Shown: positions 11,660 to 23,523, counted from the stretch's first letter. The stretch: 42,405 nt of DNA from Octopus sinensis (GCF_006345805.1 NW_021826207.1:1-42405), one strand, 5' to 3'. Program-made: numbers and translations. The notes: generated from the letters alone by a model not told the origin.

Positions 11660-12095
11660 TATACTTGCATGCATAAGTATATATATATATATGCATATAT
11701 GGGTACAGGACGTCACAAGACGTAAAGAACATGAAATACGAGGACAAGCTTTTTTATGTGAACAACGAGAGAAAGAAATAGAAAACATGACAAGTGGCAG
11801 AAAGAACGACCCTTCATCAGTGGTCGGCTGTTCATCTACTCCACATTTCGAGCAATTAACGATAATATGATGCTTCGAAAAACAGTTGCTCCCGCGAATC
11901 AAAATAAAATTTGAGATTTGCGGAGGGTTAAAGTTGGTAAAAAAATCTGGACAGTGGAGACCGAACGAAAACAAACGTGGTGGGCCGTTAGGCCAGACGA
12001 GGTTAGGTAGCGAATGCTGGAAGGATATTCTTTGACAAGAGAAAAGATAATCAAAGACCGAACATTCTCCTCTTTGTTCGTGTATTATCATAATA
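11660..12095 (-). mobile_element. Non-coding repeat body upstream of the P terminus (probably same element)
   Basis: GC-richer block in line with the adjacent P terminus, separated from it only by (TA)n; resembles an octopus repeat from memory, not verified. Confidence 0.4.
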
Positions 12096-12121
12096 GATTT
12101 TTCGATAAAGAAAAAAGTTCA

Positions 12122-12265
12122 AAGTTTAAAATCTGATGCTATGCCGTTATCCGTATTAAGAAAAACAAGATTTGGATTTTAAACTGTAAAATCTGAGAGA
12201 ATTCCTTCTCTGAAACAGAGTGACCATAATACACTTCTGTTAAACCTAATAAAATTTCATCATGA
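12122..12265 (-). mobile_element. Partial inverted copy of the interior of MITE 12933-13283
   Basis: 12129-12239 is the reverse complement of 13021-13130 with about 8 substitutions in ~110 bp. Confidence 0.8.
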
Positions 12266-12317
12266 CGCTCATATATAGATAGATTTTTCGGTATTGCTTT
12301 TAATCGGTAGGAAAGGG

Positions 12318-12418
12318 TAAAAGTGACTCAAGGGCCAAGAGTTTCGTACATGGCACTTTGCAAACTGACTGATTAATAAGTGCTATGTACGAAACTGTCG
12401 GACCTTGTTTTACTTTTG
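12318..12418. other. Long symmetric hairpin, pre-miRNA-like or tiny foldback element
   Basis: 19-bp stem 12340-12358/12378-12396 (one G-T) extended in register by CAAGG/CCTTG and AAAAGT/ACTTTT. Confidence 0.6.
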
Positions 12419-12694
12419 ACATTTTCTACCAGATGTGTGTGTGTGTGAGTGTGCGTCCGTATGTAAGTGTGTTTATGAATATAGATGTAGAGTTAAGCGT
12501 GGAATAGAGAGAAAGATCAACTTCTGTCCTTTTCTCATGGCCTGAGGAAATAATGATTAGATTGACAAAAAATGTTGTGTAATCCATTTGTTTGGCATTT
12601 GCTCTTCAATAAGGCAAGGAGCAAAACAGAAATATTCTGAACTGAAGTCATGGAGCTATTAGTGTGCTCGAATACATACATACACACATATGTA

Positions 12695-12758
<64 letters not shown>

Positions 12759-12932
12759 TCAATATAAAATAGTGTACATTTAAACACAAGCGAAACTGCC
12801 TTCAACAAGCAGTTTTACACGCTAGAAGAAGTAGTCAAAACGACCAAAACCAATTTTAAGAGCAATCTTCGAAAGGAATGAAAAATAAAAAAACTTTTAC
12901 TTTGTTATTTTATTCCGGTCAGACTTAGGTTT

Positions 12933-13283
12933 CAAAAATATTCTTTTGGCAAATAAAATAATTTGCTAGGCGAACTTTTCATCAGTGACCGCGCCATAAT
13001 ACTAACATATTAGATTGAAAAGAAGTGTATTATGGTTACTCTGTTTCAGAGAAAAAATTCTCTCACATTTTACAGTTTAAGATCTAAATCTTGTTTTTCT
13101 TAATACGGATAACGGTATAGCATCAAATTTGAAACTGCCAACTGAAACTGCGCTTGCGCGGTGAATTATTATGTAAAACGATGAGACACGTGTAATTCGT
13201 CTCATAATTATGTTAGTGTTATGGCGCGGTCACTGTTGAAAAATTCGCCTAGCAAAATATTTTATTTGCTAAAAATTTTTTGT
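12933..13283. mobile_element. MITE-like element with ~79-bp terminal inverted repeats
   Basis: TTGGCAAATAAAATAATTTGCTAGGCGAAC..CAGTGACCGCGCCATAA vs TTATGGCGCGGTCACTG..TTCGCCTAGCAAAATATTTTATTTGC. Confidence 0.8.
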
Positions 13284-14841
13284 CTTGTTCCCAAAGCATC
13301 AAGTGCCGAAAATGAACTTTCTTATCTTCCATTTTAAAAGGTTACAAAATTAACACAAATTAAAGGAACATAAACCTTCTTCCACGAAAAGATAGCTTAA
13401 AGTATGCTCTAAATGGAGGTGTAGTCAAATCCTATTTTATGGACTCAACCATGTTCTAAAATAACTCGAAAGGTAAGCTACTATAAATCGGCACGAACTT
13501 TCCGGACAACCCTATATCAGAGTATGTCTTCCGTACACGCATTTATATACATACATGAATACTAAATATACATCATGGACAAGCAGGAACATGTATATGG
13601 TTCACAATGTGCTAGAAATAGATGCTTGCAAGGCAGAACTCCTCAAAAATCTCGATGTGATGGTAAAAACAAATATAATCAAATGTAGTTTAAAGTATAA
13701 ACGAAAACTACATGAAAAATGAAGAGATGTGTAACAATATAAATTCTGTTCAGGAAATAAATGTCTAGTGCCAAGACATACCTTACTAGTTCTACCAAGA
13801 ATGTAATTTGTAGTTTTTACATATTTTCTCTTATCAAGGAAGCCATTATTGTATGGATTTTTTCGTAGTTTTCTTCTTGAAAGAAATCGTCAAAAGAAAT
13901 CAGTTATGATTCTACAGGAAAAGTAGGTTCTGCTGTTGATAACATAAATGTCTCTCAACGTAAAAACGAGTTCTCATATAAATTCTCACTGCACATAGCT
14001 ATGATTAACCAACAAAGAAACATGTACATCGTTGAGCGACGTGCTAAAAATAGCAGCCAAATACACTTAAATCAAATACTACCATCTTGGATTAGAAAAA
14101 GGATTGATGTTATAATGTATTCCTACATATTCTTTAAAAATGACGACTCGAATGCCTTTCATCACAGTTTACTGAACTACGTTTGATCTGAGAGTTAAGC
14201 AAAGGCAACAGTACCAAAAACGTCACTAACATTAACACCAACATCTGTAATATTTGCAGAAAGCATAAGTCAGAAATTTTTATGGTTGACCCAACAAACA
14301 GTTTCATGAGTGAGAGATACGTTTTAACATTTTTATATGTGCAGTGATAAACTTGAAAATATCGTTCGGTGTGAAACAAAAAAATCCTTTCATTTTATTT
14401 TACTATGAGATATAGAAGATTTAAAACTCCCATAACGTTTGTAAACTGAGATCAATACGGTTGATGTTACATTTAAACCTCAGAAAGTTGATAACCGTAA
14501 CACTTTTGGCAAGGGTAGATTCTGAAAGATTGTCGATCTGGGAATGAATGAATTGGCAAAATGTTTATAACAGGATCTGACAAATACTTAAAAAGAACAG
14601 GTTAATCGCTCAGTTTTGTTGTTGCTATTCACCCTTCTCTCTTCTTTTTCTTTTCTCACTTGCAGTATATCTATAACTATGTATTACCATTTTTAAAGCA
14701 ATAAATACAATGAGATGCAGACTGATTTTGTTCACTATATATATATCGCAGGTTGAAAAACGATCTAGATTTTGCGATTTCTCTGTATTTTGGGTGGACG
14801 CCGAATCTAGATAAGGGTGTCTATGAGTATTTCAAAGATGT

Positions 14842-15045
14842 CGACGAGCTAACAGAATCGTTGGCACATCGGATAAAGTGTTTAACGGTATTTTTTCCGT
14901 CTCTTTACGATCCGAGTTGAAATTCCGCTGAGGTCAGCTTTGCCGTTCATCCTTTCACAGTCGATAACATAAATTACTAGCCAAGTTCTGAGAAAAATCG
15001 ATGTAATCGTTTTACCAGCCCACTAAAATTATTGGCCTGATACAA
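14842..15045 (+). mobile_element. SINE family A, diverged, tail type 2
   Basis: GACGAGCTAACAGAATCGTTGGCAC..GAGTTGAAATTCCGCTGAGGTC..CGATGTAATCG. Confidence 0.7.
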
Positions 15046-15456
15046 AACAATTAGACAGAATTTTTTTTTTTTTTAAAGCGTTAAAAATCGCACATGTTTA
15101 CGTGTGGCGGTTGCTGAAGAAAAAAACATATTTTCTTGCCTTGACATTGTTTTTCTGTTATAACGTCTCTTTGCTAAAATGCCGCAAGGCAAACATGACA
15201 TTGTTTTCTCATGCATAATGTTATGCTGCAACTAACAGATTATTGCTATTCACTTATAGATTATTATTATGTGTTCTTTTAAATACATAAATTAGTCCAC
15301 AGAGTTCCTGTGTCCTATGGAAGACCTACTAGTTCGTTGAGATTAATGCAGGATCTAAAGCTGGGTACGGATATTTATGACGTAAGAGGATTTTATTGAA
15401 AGCTCCCAAAACTTTTGATCTGTTATTTCCAGCATCTGCTGATTCATTAATGGCAA

Positions 15457-15617
15457 GGGGGATAGACAATTACGCCGACCCTAATACTCGACTGGTACTT
15501 TAATTTATCGACCCCGACAAGGTGACAGGCAAAGTCAAAACCACGACGGAATTTGAAGTCAGAATGTTACGACGGAGGAAAAACTGCTAAGCATTTTCCC
15601 TGGCGTAATAACGATTC
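15457..15617 (-). mobile_element. SINE family A (array copy 1)
   Basis: ACTGGTACTTTAATTTATCGACCCCG..GGAATTTGAAGTCAGAA..GCTAAGCATTTT. Confidence 0.75.
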
Positions 15618-15624
15618 TTTTATA

Positions 15625-15797
15625 TTCAAGGCACAACGCACGAAATTTTTGGGGAAGGGGCCAGTCACAACTGGTACTTAATTTATCGACCCCAAAAAGG
15701 ATGAAAGGCAAAGTTGACCGCGGCGGAATTTGAACGCGGAACGTAAATCCAGACGAAATACCGCTAAGCATTTCGCCCTGCGTACTAACGTTTCTTA
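15625..15797 (-). mobile_element. SINE family A (array copy 2, tail type 2)
   Basis: AACTGGTACTTAATTTATCGACCCC..GAAATACCGCTAAGCATTTCGCC. Confidence 0.8.
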
Positions 15798-16028
15798 TTT
15801 TTTTGTTGCCCACAAGGGACTAAAGATAGAGGAGACAAACTAGGACAGACAAACAGATTAAGTCTATTACATCGACGCCAGTGCGTAACTGGTACTTAAT
15901 TTTTCGACCCTGAAAGGATGAAACGCAATGCCCACCTCGGTGGAATTTGAACTCAGAGCGTAAAGCCAAACGAAATACCGCCAAGCATTTCGCCTTGCGT
16001 GTTAACGTTTCTGCCATCTCGCCGCCTT
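15798..16028 (-). mobile_element. SINE family A (array copy 3, full length, tail type 1)
   Basis: Ends CTGCCATCTCGCCGCC (head); tail matches 2110-2170. Confidence 0.85.
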
Positions 16029-16274
16029 CAATACATGAAATAATGCTAAGTGAGCAAGAAGTGGTCAAAGACTATGTCACATGAAGCTCTAGATTTGATA
16101 TAGAACTAATAACTTCATAGTATATTTTCCATTACAATCATCGACTGCTAGATATTATTATCTCGAGTCTTAGTACTGATAATCCCCGTACCTGGGTCCA
16201 ATGACATCTAAGCAACGATCATAACATTCCAACAGAAAGGAATGCCAGTCAGTTATTATATATATATATATATA

Positions 16275-16480
16275 ATGTGACCTCGTGTGTACCGTTGGCG
16301 ATTTTTTTTTCCTCTGTCTTCCCTTCTCTGGATCGTTCCTTCTCCTATGTTTCCGACGAAGCGCTCCGCTCGAAACGTTAAACCCTCCTTGTTTCCTTCT
16401 TTCCTGAGCGTCCAATAATACTATATTTGTTCCACGTCCTCGCGTTGTGTTTTTTTGTGCTTTCTTGTTTGGATTAACTA
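16275..16480 (+). mobile_element. Penelope-terminus-like element, second subfamily (hammerhead motif 16349-16383), between (TA)n tracts
   Basis: GTTT CCGACGA A GCGC TCC GCTC GAAAC GTT AAAC. Confidence 0.6.
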
Positions 16481-16488
16481 TATATATA

Positions 16489-16669
16489 TACCTGTATTTC
16501 ACAGAGCCAGCCTTGTCTCACTCTGTTTCACGCTGAATCTCCCCGAGAACTACGTTAAGAGTACACGTGCTTGTGGAGTGCTCAGCCACTTACACGTTAA
16601 TTTCATGAGCAAGCAGTTCCGTTGATCGTATCAGCTGGACCCTCGTCGTCACAGCCGACGGAGTGCTCC
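16489..16669 (+). mobile_element. SINE C-type 3' tail, 5'-truncated
   Basis: TACCTGTATTTC..CACGCTGAATCTCCCCGAGAACTACG..CCGACGGAGTGCT matches 28350-28530. Confidence 0.85.
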
Positions 16670-17624
16670 TTATATATATATGTATATATATATATATATA
16701 TATGCAGAAAGACAGACAGGCACATACACAAACATGCATGCAAGGTAATGTAAAGAATTTGATTACGTCAGAAGCTATTGTTCGCCCGAAACAGCTGTGA
16801 AGATTAGACTATTGAATAACTTATTTTGCGTGCTTTCTGTTCTTTATTTCATGCGCTGTATTTTGTATTCCATGCAAACTCATTAATTCTAATCTGCTCA
16901 TCTTCGTTCCTACTTCTCTGTGTCCATATACATACATATATATATATATATATACATACTTACATGTAAATGCACATACATATGTGTGTATGTGTGCGTG
17001 TTTCTCTATTAGTCATTACACATTTTCTCGTATAATATATTTCAAAAGCCCATAAACATAGCATTAAGCGATAAAAATAATCCTTTCTCTGTTGAAATAT
17101 TCGTCACGTTGTCCTAAGAATTATGACCACAACTATAAGTTTAGAAGAAGCTCTAGCGATAACTTAACACGTTCGAATATGTGTATCTTGCTGGCAGCCT
17201 TTATGGCAATTTCGAGTTGTTGGAAATGCACCTGTTACCTATCGTATGAGCAATTCTTGCAAATTAGGAAGAATCACCCATTGTTTCTAATAGTAGGAGT
17301 TCAGCTAATTGATGTATAACAATCCTCATTTGCTTCTGTATTTTCAAGCCGAGAATCTCATTAATCTTAGTTTGCTCTGCGGAGTAAATTATGAAGCTTC
17401 TAGCTTTAGTACTTAGAATTAACGAAAGTATTCTAAAACAATGTCCCTTCTTCCCTCCCCCACTCTCTCTCTCAGACACTCACGCACGGAAACATACACA
17501 GAGACAAAAACACGCTAACGCATACATATTATGTAACGCAATGAAGCTGTATATCTGAGATAACGATAATATATATGGTTGGGATAATGATAAGGTTAAG
17601 GAACCGCTTAGCGCGAAATTATAA

Positions 17625-17908
<284 letters not shown>

Positions 17909-18038
17909 GATTATCTATCTACACATATAATATAATATAATAATAGTAATAATAACAATAATGATATAATAATGATGATAATAATAAGAGGAGGAGGAGA
18001 AGAATATATATATATAAACATACATATATATATACATT

Positions 18039-18074
<36 letters not shown>

Positions 18075-18567
18075 AACATATATATATAAAGACACACACA
18101 CATATATATATAGCCATTTCAAATAAGCAAAGAATTAAAGTATTCAAATAAACAAATATAAACACACACACACAGACACGCATACGTATATATGTATGTA
18201 TATTTGCGTATATATATATTTAAGATTCTATATGTGTTCTTCATATATATTCACATGTAGCCTTCAGGTCTGTATCAGAAACAATTAACGAAAAATTAAC
18301 AAAACACTGCGTCCTTCATATTGTTAATTAACCGAATCCAAAACCTGATTTATGATTCATTGTTTGAAAAATCAGCTGCATAAATAAATTCTGCGTGATA
18401 TTTAGGCAAAAGAGAAAAGATTTGAAAAGGAGGTAGTTACTTGATTAGAGGAATCAAGTGTACATGATCTGATTTATCGATCTTGCATTTAAAACTTATA
18501 ATAAACAATAATGGCGTGATATAGTTTAATGAGTGCCTTCCAGTACTAATTTTTTGTGCATATTGAT

Positions 18568-18949
18568 CGTGGTACTCCGTCGGTTACGAGGATGAGGGTT
18601 CCAGTTGATACGATCAACGGAACAGCCTGCTTGTGAAATTAACGTGCAAGTGGCTGAGCACTCCACAGACACATGTACACTTATCGTAGTCCTCGGTAAG
18701 ATTCAGCGTGATACAGTTTGTGACAAGGTTGGCCCTTTGAAATATAGGTACACCGGAAACAGAAAGAATGAATGAGAGAAAGTTGCGATGAAAGAGTACA
18801 GCAGGATTCGCCACCACCTTTGCTGGAGCCTCGTGGATCTTTAGGCGTTTTCTCTCAATAAACACTCACATCGCCCGGTCTGGGAATGGTAACCGCGATC
18901 CCACGGCTGCGTGTCCGTTGCCCTAAGAACTGAGCCATTGCGCCTCCAC
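18568..18949 (-). mobile_element. SINE family C, full length, 10-bp TSD
   Basis: Aligns with 28151-28533; GCATATTGAT at 18558-18567 and 18950-18959. Confidence 0.9.
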
Positions 18950-19172
18950 GCATATTGATAGGTAAATTGGGAAAGTACGAACACGTAATATATATTTGAA
19001 TTAGCACTCAAAGCACCAACATCCACTTATAGCCATAAACACACAAACGTACGTACACGGTTTCAAATGTGGCGTAGGGGAACAACAAAGAACGTTAGAA
19101 AAACGGAAAACTCTCAAAGGAAGCGAATATGATTGATTATCACCCGAATATCATCACAAACCCGACATCTTA

Positions 19173-19218
<46 letters not shown>

Positions 19219-19400
19219 ACACACACACATGTACATATATAAATGTATATGTATATATGTATGTATGCATATATATGTGTACATATCTATATATATATAA
19301 TTGTATGTATATCTATATGCGTATATATATGTATATGTCCCTTTCTCTCTCACTCTCACTCTCTCTCTCTCTCTCTCTCTCTGTATATATATATATAATG

Positions 19401-19894
19401 CAAATAATCAGAAAATAGAGAAAACCTCAGATTAACCAACACATCGGTTGGACTGCATTTATAGCTTATTTTTTAATACAAAGCATGACATAAACAAATA
19501 GGCGAAGTAACATATCTTACGGCCATTACTGATCGGATTGCCAAAATGCAGTCTATAAATAAATGCGAGAATGAAGTTCTTCATCTTCATAAGGCATTCG
19601 AAATTAAGTTACAGATCTTTATCAGAGTAAAAAACAAGAGCATATAATATAAACAAAGGGAAGAAGGAAAAGGAAAGAAAACATGGCCTAGACAAAAAAT
19701 CTAGAAGTCCAATATGTTTACTAGCATCAATGACCTCGTAGCCCCTTGATGGTAAATTATATGCTTTTAACAAATTGGGCTTCTAGTTTTTTTAGGCCAT
19801 GTTTTCTTTCATTTGTATTAAAAAAATAAGCTATAAATGTGGCCCAGTCGATGTGTTTTTTAAACTGAGGGTTTCTCTATTTTCTGATTATTTG
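19401..19894. mobile_element. Foldback/MITE-like element with nested inverted arms
   Basis: 19401-19482 inverts 19812-19894; 19673-19727 inverts 19761-19810. Confidence 0.8.
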
Positions 19895-20170
19895 TATTTG
19901 TTTCCTGATAACCTCTTGTTTATCCTGTTGTTACCTGCACTCTACGGGCATAATTTGCTTGCACGCCAATACCTAGGGATAACAAGGATCACATTTACCG
20001 ATAGTGTACACGGATATTTTAAGCCTTAGTCGGTTATTATAACCACTAACTCTGTTTACACTATATATATATATATTATATATATATAATAAATATTAGG
20101 GAATAAATCCAAATTTACAGGGAAAAAATCAGATTTAGGATTAAATCCAATTTATAGTAAAATATTATAT

Positions 20171-20316
20171 AATATTAATAGAGACAAAAACACTATTTTG
20201 TAAAACAAACAAGGAAAGACTTAATCAATACATAAAATTTTATTAAAATTTTATGTATTGATTAAGTCTTTCCTTGTTTGTTTTACAAAATAGTGGTTTT
20301 GTCTCTAATTAATATT
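20171..20316. repeat. Near-perfect ~70-bp-arm palindrome with 3-nt spacer
   Basis: Arms checked base by base: one substitution and one 1-nt indel. Confidence 0.95.
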
Positions 20317-21330
20317 TTATATATATATATATATATATAATATAATATATATTAATATATATATATATCTATATATATGTACATATAAGTATATGCATAT
20401 ATATATATGTATATATATATGTACATATATATATATATATGTGTGTGTGTGTATATATATGTGTGTATATATCACCTGTGAGTAAATCAAAACCATTTAA
20501 TTCCAAGATCTATTTATATTTAACAACTGTATGAATTTAATAAAAGCATCTAAATATGAAACATCATGAAAATTGTTCAAACTGAAGTCCTTGGGCGACA
20601 CAGTTTTCCATTCGAGTCAATACAGATTTACAGATAGTACTTATGGAATTTTGATTTACTGTCGGGTGACGTTTGGCCAACCCTGTATATATTAACATTC
20701 CTCATAGCACCGAATATAGCACATGACTTGTCTAACTGGTACGGATCTTGCTGAAATGCTTCAGCGATTAAATATAGATAATTATATATATATTATATAA
20801 ATCTTCAGTAAAGAAGTACAATGGAATCAGCAAAGATGAAACAGTATCGTATGAAAGAAATATGTTCTGCACCAACTGACGGGGAATCGTTCTTTATTGT
20901 GAGAAATCAACTAATCAGGCGATATCGTAAACACTGACGTTTGTACATGTATATATGTATAAATTTGCATTATGCATGTATTTAAATCCCTCCAGAAGTC
21001 TTTAATGTGCGATGGCATTATTACGCTCCTGTGTGTCAGTGCAAGAATGGAAAAAGCAGTGAGCAGCAGAGAGAGCTAAAATATCAGACTGACGTAAAAA
21101 CAATCGTTCAGAATCATGTATAGCAAAATTATGCAGCTGATATTCATGCGTGTATGCATATATAGAGAAAAATACAGTGAGGGAGAATAAAGAAGAAGGA
21201 AAACAAACAGTGCCAGCATTTTTCAGGAACACTCCACTACCACTACGTGTACTATAATCACTTCCGATGACACCACATCCTCTATATTACAATCAAAAAT
21301 TGATTTATTAACTGTTCTGGTGGTGGTAAA

Positions 21331-21552
21331 GTAGAGATGCGTGGCTTAATGGTTAGCCCGTTGGGCTCATGATTGTAAGATTGTAGTTTCGATTTTTGGA
21401 AGCATGAAATACTCCATTTTATGTTTCTCCGGGAAAGGGGGCACTCAGTTGGCAAAAGGAGTAATCCTGCGACCTACTGGGATCCCGTCTAGGTGGGAAA
21501 TATATACGTCATGGAACCTGGGAAACCGGTTCTATGAGACTGTATGACTTGG
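21331..21552 (+). mobile_element. Diverged chimeric SINE (D head + E tail)
   Basis: GCGTGGCTTAATGGTTAG..CACTCAGTTGGCAAAGGAGT (D-like), then CCTGCGACC..GATCCCGTCTAGG..GGGAAACCGG (matches 40806-40905). Confidence 0.65.
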
Positions 21553-21554
21553 GG

Positions 21555-21765
21555 ACTTATCTCTGATAATAGTGGTGACTGTAGCGTTGGTGTAGGAGAT
21601 AGTAATAGCAGTGGGGTGGTGGCGGCTGTAATTTTGGGTAGTAGTGGTGGCAGTAATCATAATGTTGGTGGTGGTACTAGCAATAATGATTATAGTATTT
21701 TGATGGCGGTAGTTGTGTTATTCGTGGTAGCAGTGATGATGTTGATGGCAGTGGGGGCAGTGCGT
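21555..21765. repeat. Low-complexity (GGT/GTA/GAT)n tract
   Basis: Direct reading. Confidence 0.75.
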
Positions 21766-22499
21766 TGTTCCGATTGAGAGTTCCAACATGCAAATAAACC
21801 CATACCTGGAACCCTAATTAATCTGGCTCAGAGTAGACCTGGAAAAAATAGTGACAATGAGATGATTCCATACTCTTCAAATCTCAGGAATTTATAAACC
21901 AGGGACGCCCGCAACCGGATTTAGTTTAAAATAAGAGTAAATACTAGTTTCGGTAAAGAAGCAATAAATGTTAATAGCACCAACTACAGGTTCTGAAATG
22001 TCTAAGATTACGTGTTCTAAACGTGTACAGTACATATGTACTGTAACTAATATATACACACAACAGTCATATTTATAGATGCATTGTATAAGTAATTCAT
22101 AGCGTTAATCGATAAACGATATATAAAGACGTAATATTTATAGATTTTTTTTTGCCACAGATTCGGAGGAAATTTCGACAATGCCTTCAGCTGATTAAAC
22201 CAATAGTGTTTCAGGTCAGATAGCAATTTTTAAAATTGTTCGTGTCTACGTTTATTTATTTATTTTTTTTCTCATTTGACTTTCATGTGAGACTTCGCAC
22301 GATATATTATTTTTGCTAAAGTGAAAAAATATTTTACCTAAAGTAATAGAAAGCAATCTTGGAAAATGGATATAACTTAATATTCTGAAGAGAAAAATAA
22401 ATACTACATTGTATATTTATGCATATATATATATAACAGTATCTCTCTTTCTGTCTGTCTCTTTCTCTCTCTGTATATATATATATATATATATATATG

Positions 22500-22550
22500 T
22501 ATTTACTTATATGTGCATATATAATAATTTTACACACACACACACACACG

Positions 22551-22602
<52 letters not shown>

Positions 22603-22793
22603 CATGGATATACCTGTATACAAATAATTATATAAATATATATGTATAAAATTGTTACGTACATTCAGCATATATTTACATGCATAACATTCAAACACAC
22701 ACATACACACATATATATATATATATATGCCTGTGTGTGTAATTGTCTATGTGTTTGAGTGTGTGTGTTAAAGTGTTACGTCTTCACTAGGAC
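22500..22793 (+). repeat. Local duplication, copy 1
   Basis: Near-identical to 25022-25259 outside microsatellite lengths. Confidence 0.9.
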
Positions 22794-22826
22794 TTCACAC
22801 TTGCTATATATATGTATATATTTATG

Positions 22827-22863
<37 letters not shown>

Positions 22864-23149
22864 ATGTGTATGTGTGTTTTATAATATATTTATATTATAC
22901 TCGTACTTACTTTTACGTAGCTCTAACATGACTAAAGCCAACATTGGTTCGCACCTTGCCTAATTGGAATGTAGAGTTATTTTAGCCATGTTTTCTGCAT
23001 TCAAGCAATAGGTTGTCTAAAGCCAGGTCCATTCTCAAAGGGAGCAAATATGAATAGCATTTAATATTCTATAGCAAAGAATTTAGATATAAGAAAAGAC
23101 GAGGGAGAGAAAAAGACAGCAGAGTGAATCCTTTAAAAATTTAGGTAGG

Positions 23150-23298
23150 TACAGGCATAACTATGTGATAGGAAAATTGCTTCCCAACTAGGTGATTTGG
23201 GGTTCAGTCCCACTACCAGCCACATTGGGTTAGTGTCCTCTACTATAGCCCTGAAGTCTCTTGAGCAAATTTTGGTAACAGAAACTGGCAAAAAAGAC
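23150..23298 (+). mobile_element. SINE family B 5' half, highly diverged
   Basis: TGCTTCCCAAC..GGGGTTCAGTCCCACTAC..CTACTATAGCC..GGTAACAGAAACTG. Confidence 0.7.
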
Positions 23299-23398
23299 AT
23301 ATATATAATATACATATATATATATATGATGTATATAAATAAATAACAATAAATATATATATATATATACATGTATACATATGTATATACATAGGTAT

Positions 23399-23435
<37 letters not shown>

Positions 23436-23523
23436 TGATGAAAATGGTAAGACAACAAAGAATGAAAGAGAACCGCGATACTATGTAAATAGACGAATTT
23501 ATCTGTAAATGCAATATGTGACA

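Noticed and set aside
11810-11890. Minus-strand GCTCGAAATGT ... CTGATGA in type-II hammerhead order
   Set aside because: Helices II and III cannot be formed convincingly; at best a fossil.
15303-15364. Possible exon VPVSYGRPTSSLRLMQDLKL
   Set aside because: Weak acceptor and donor, and only superficial similarity to E2 enzyme N-termini.
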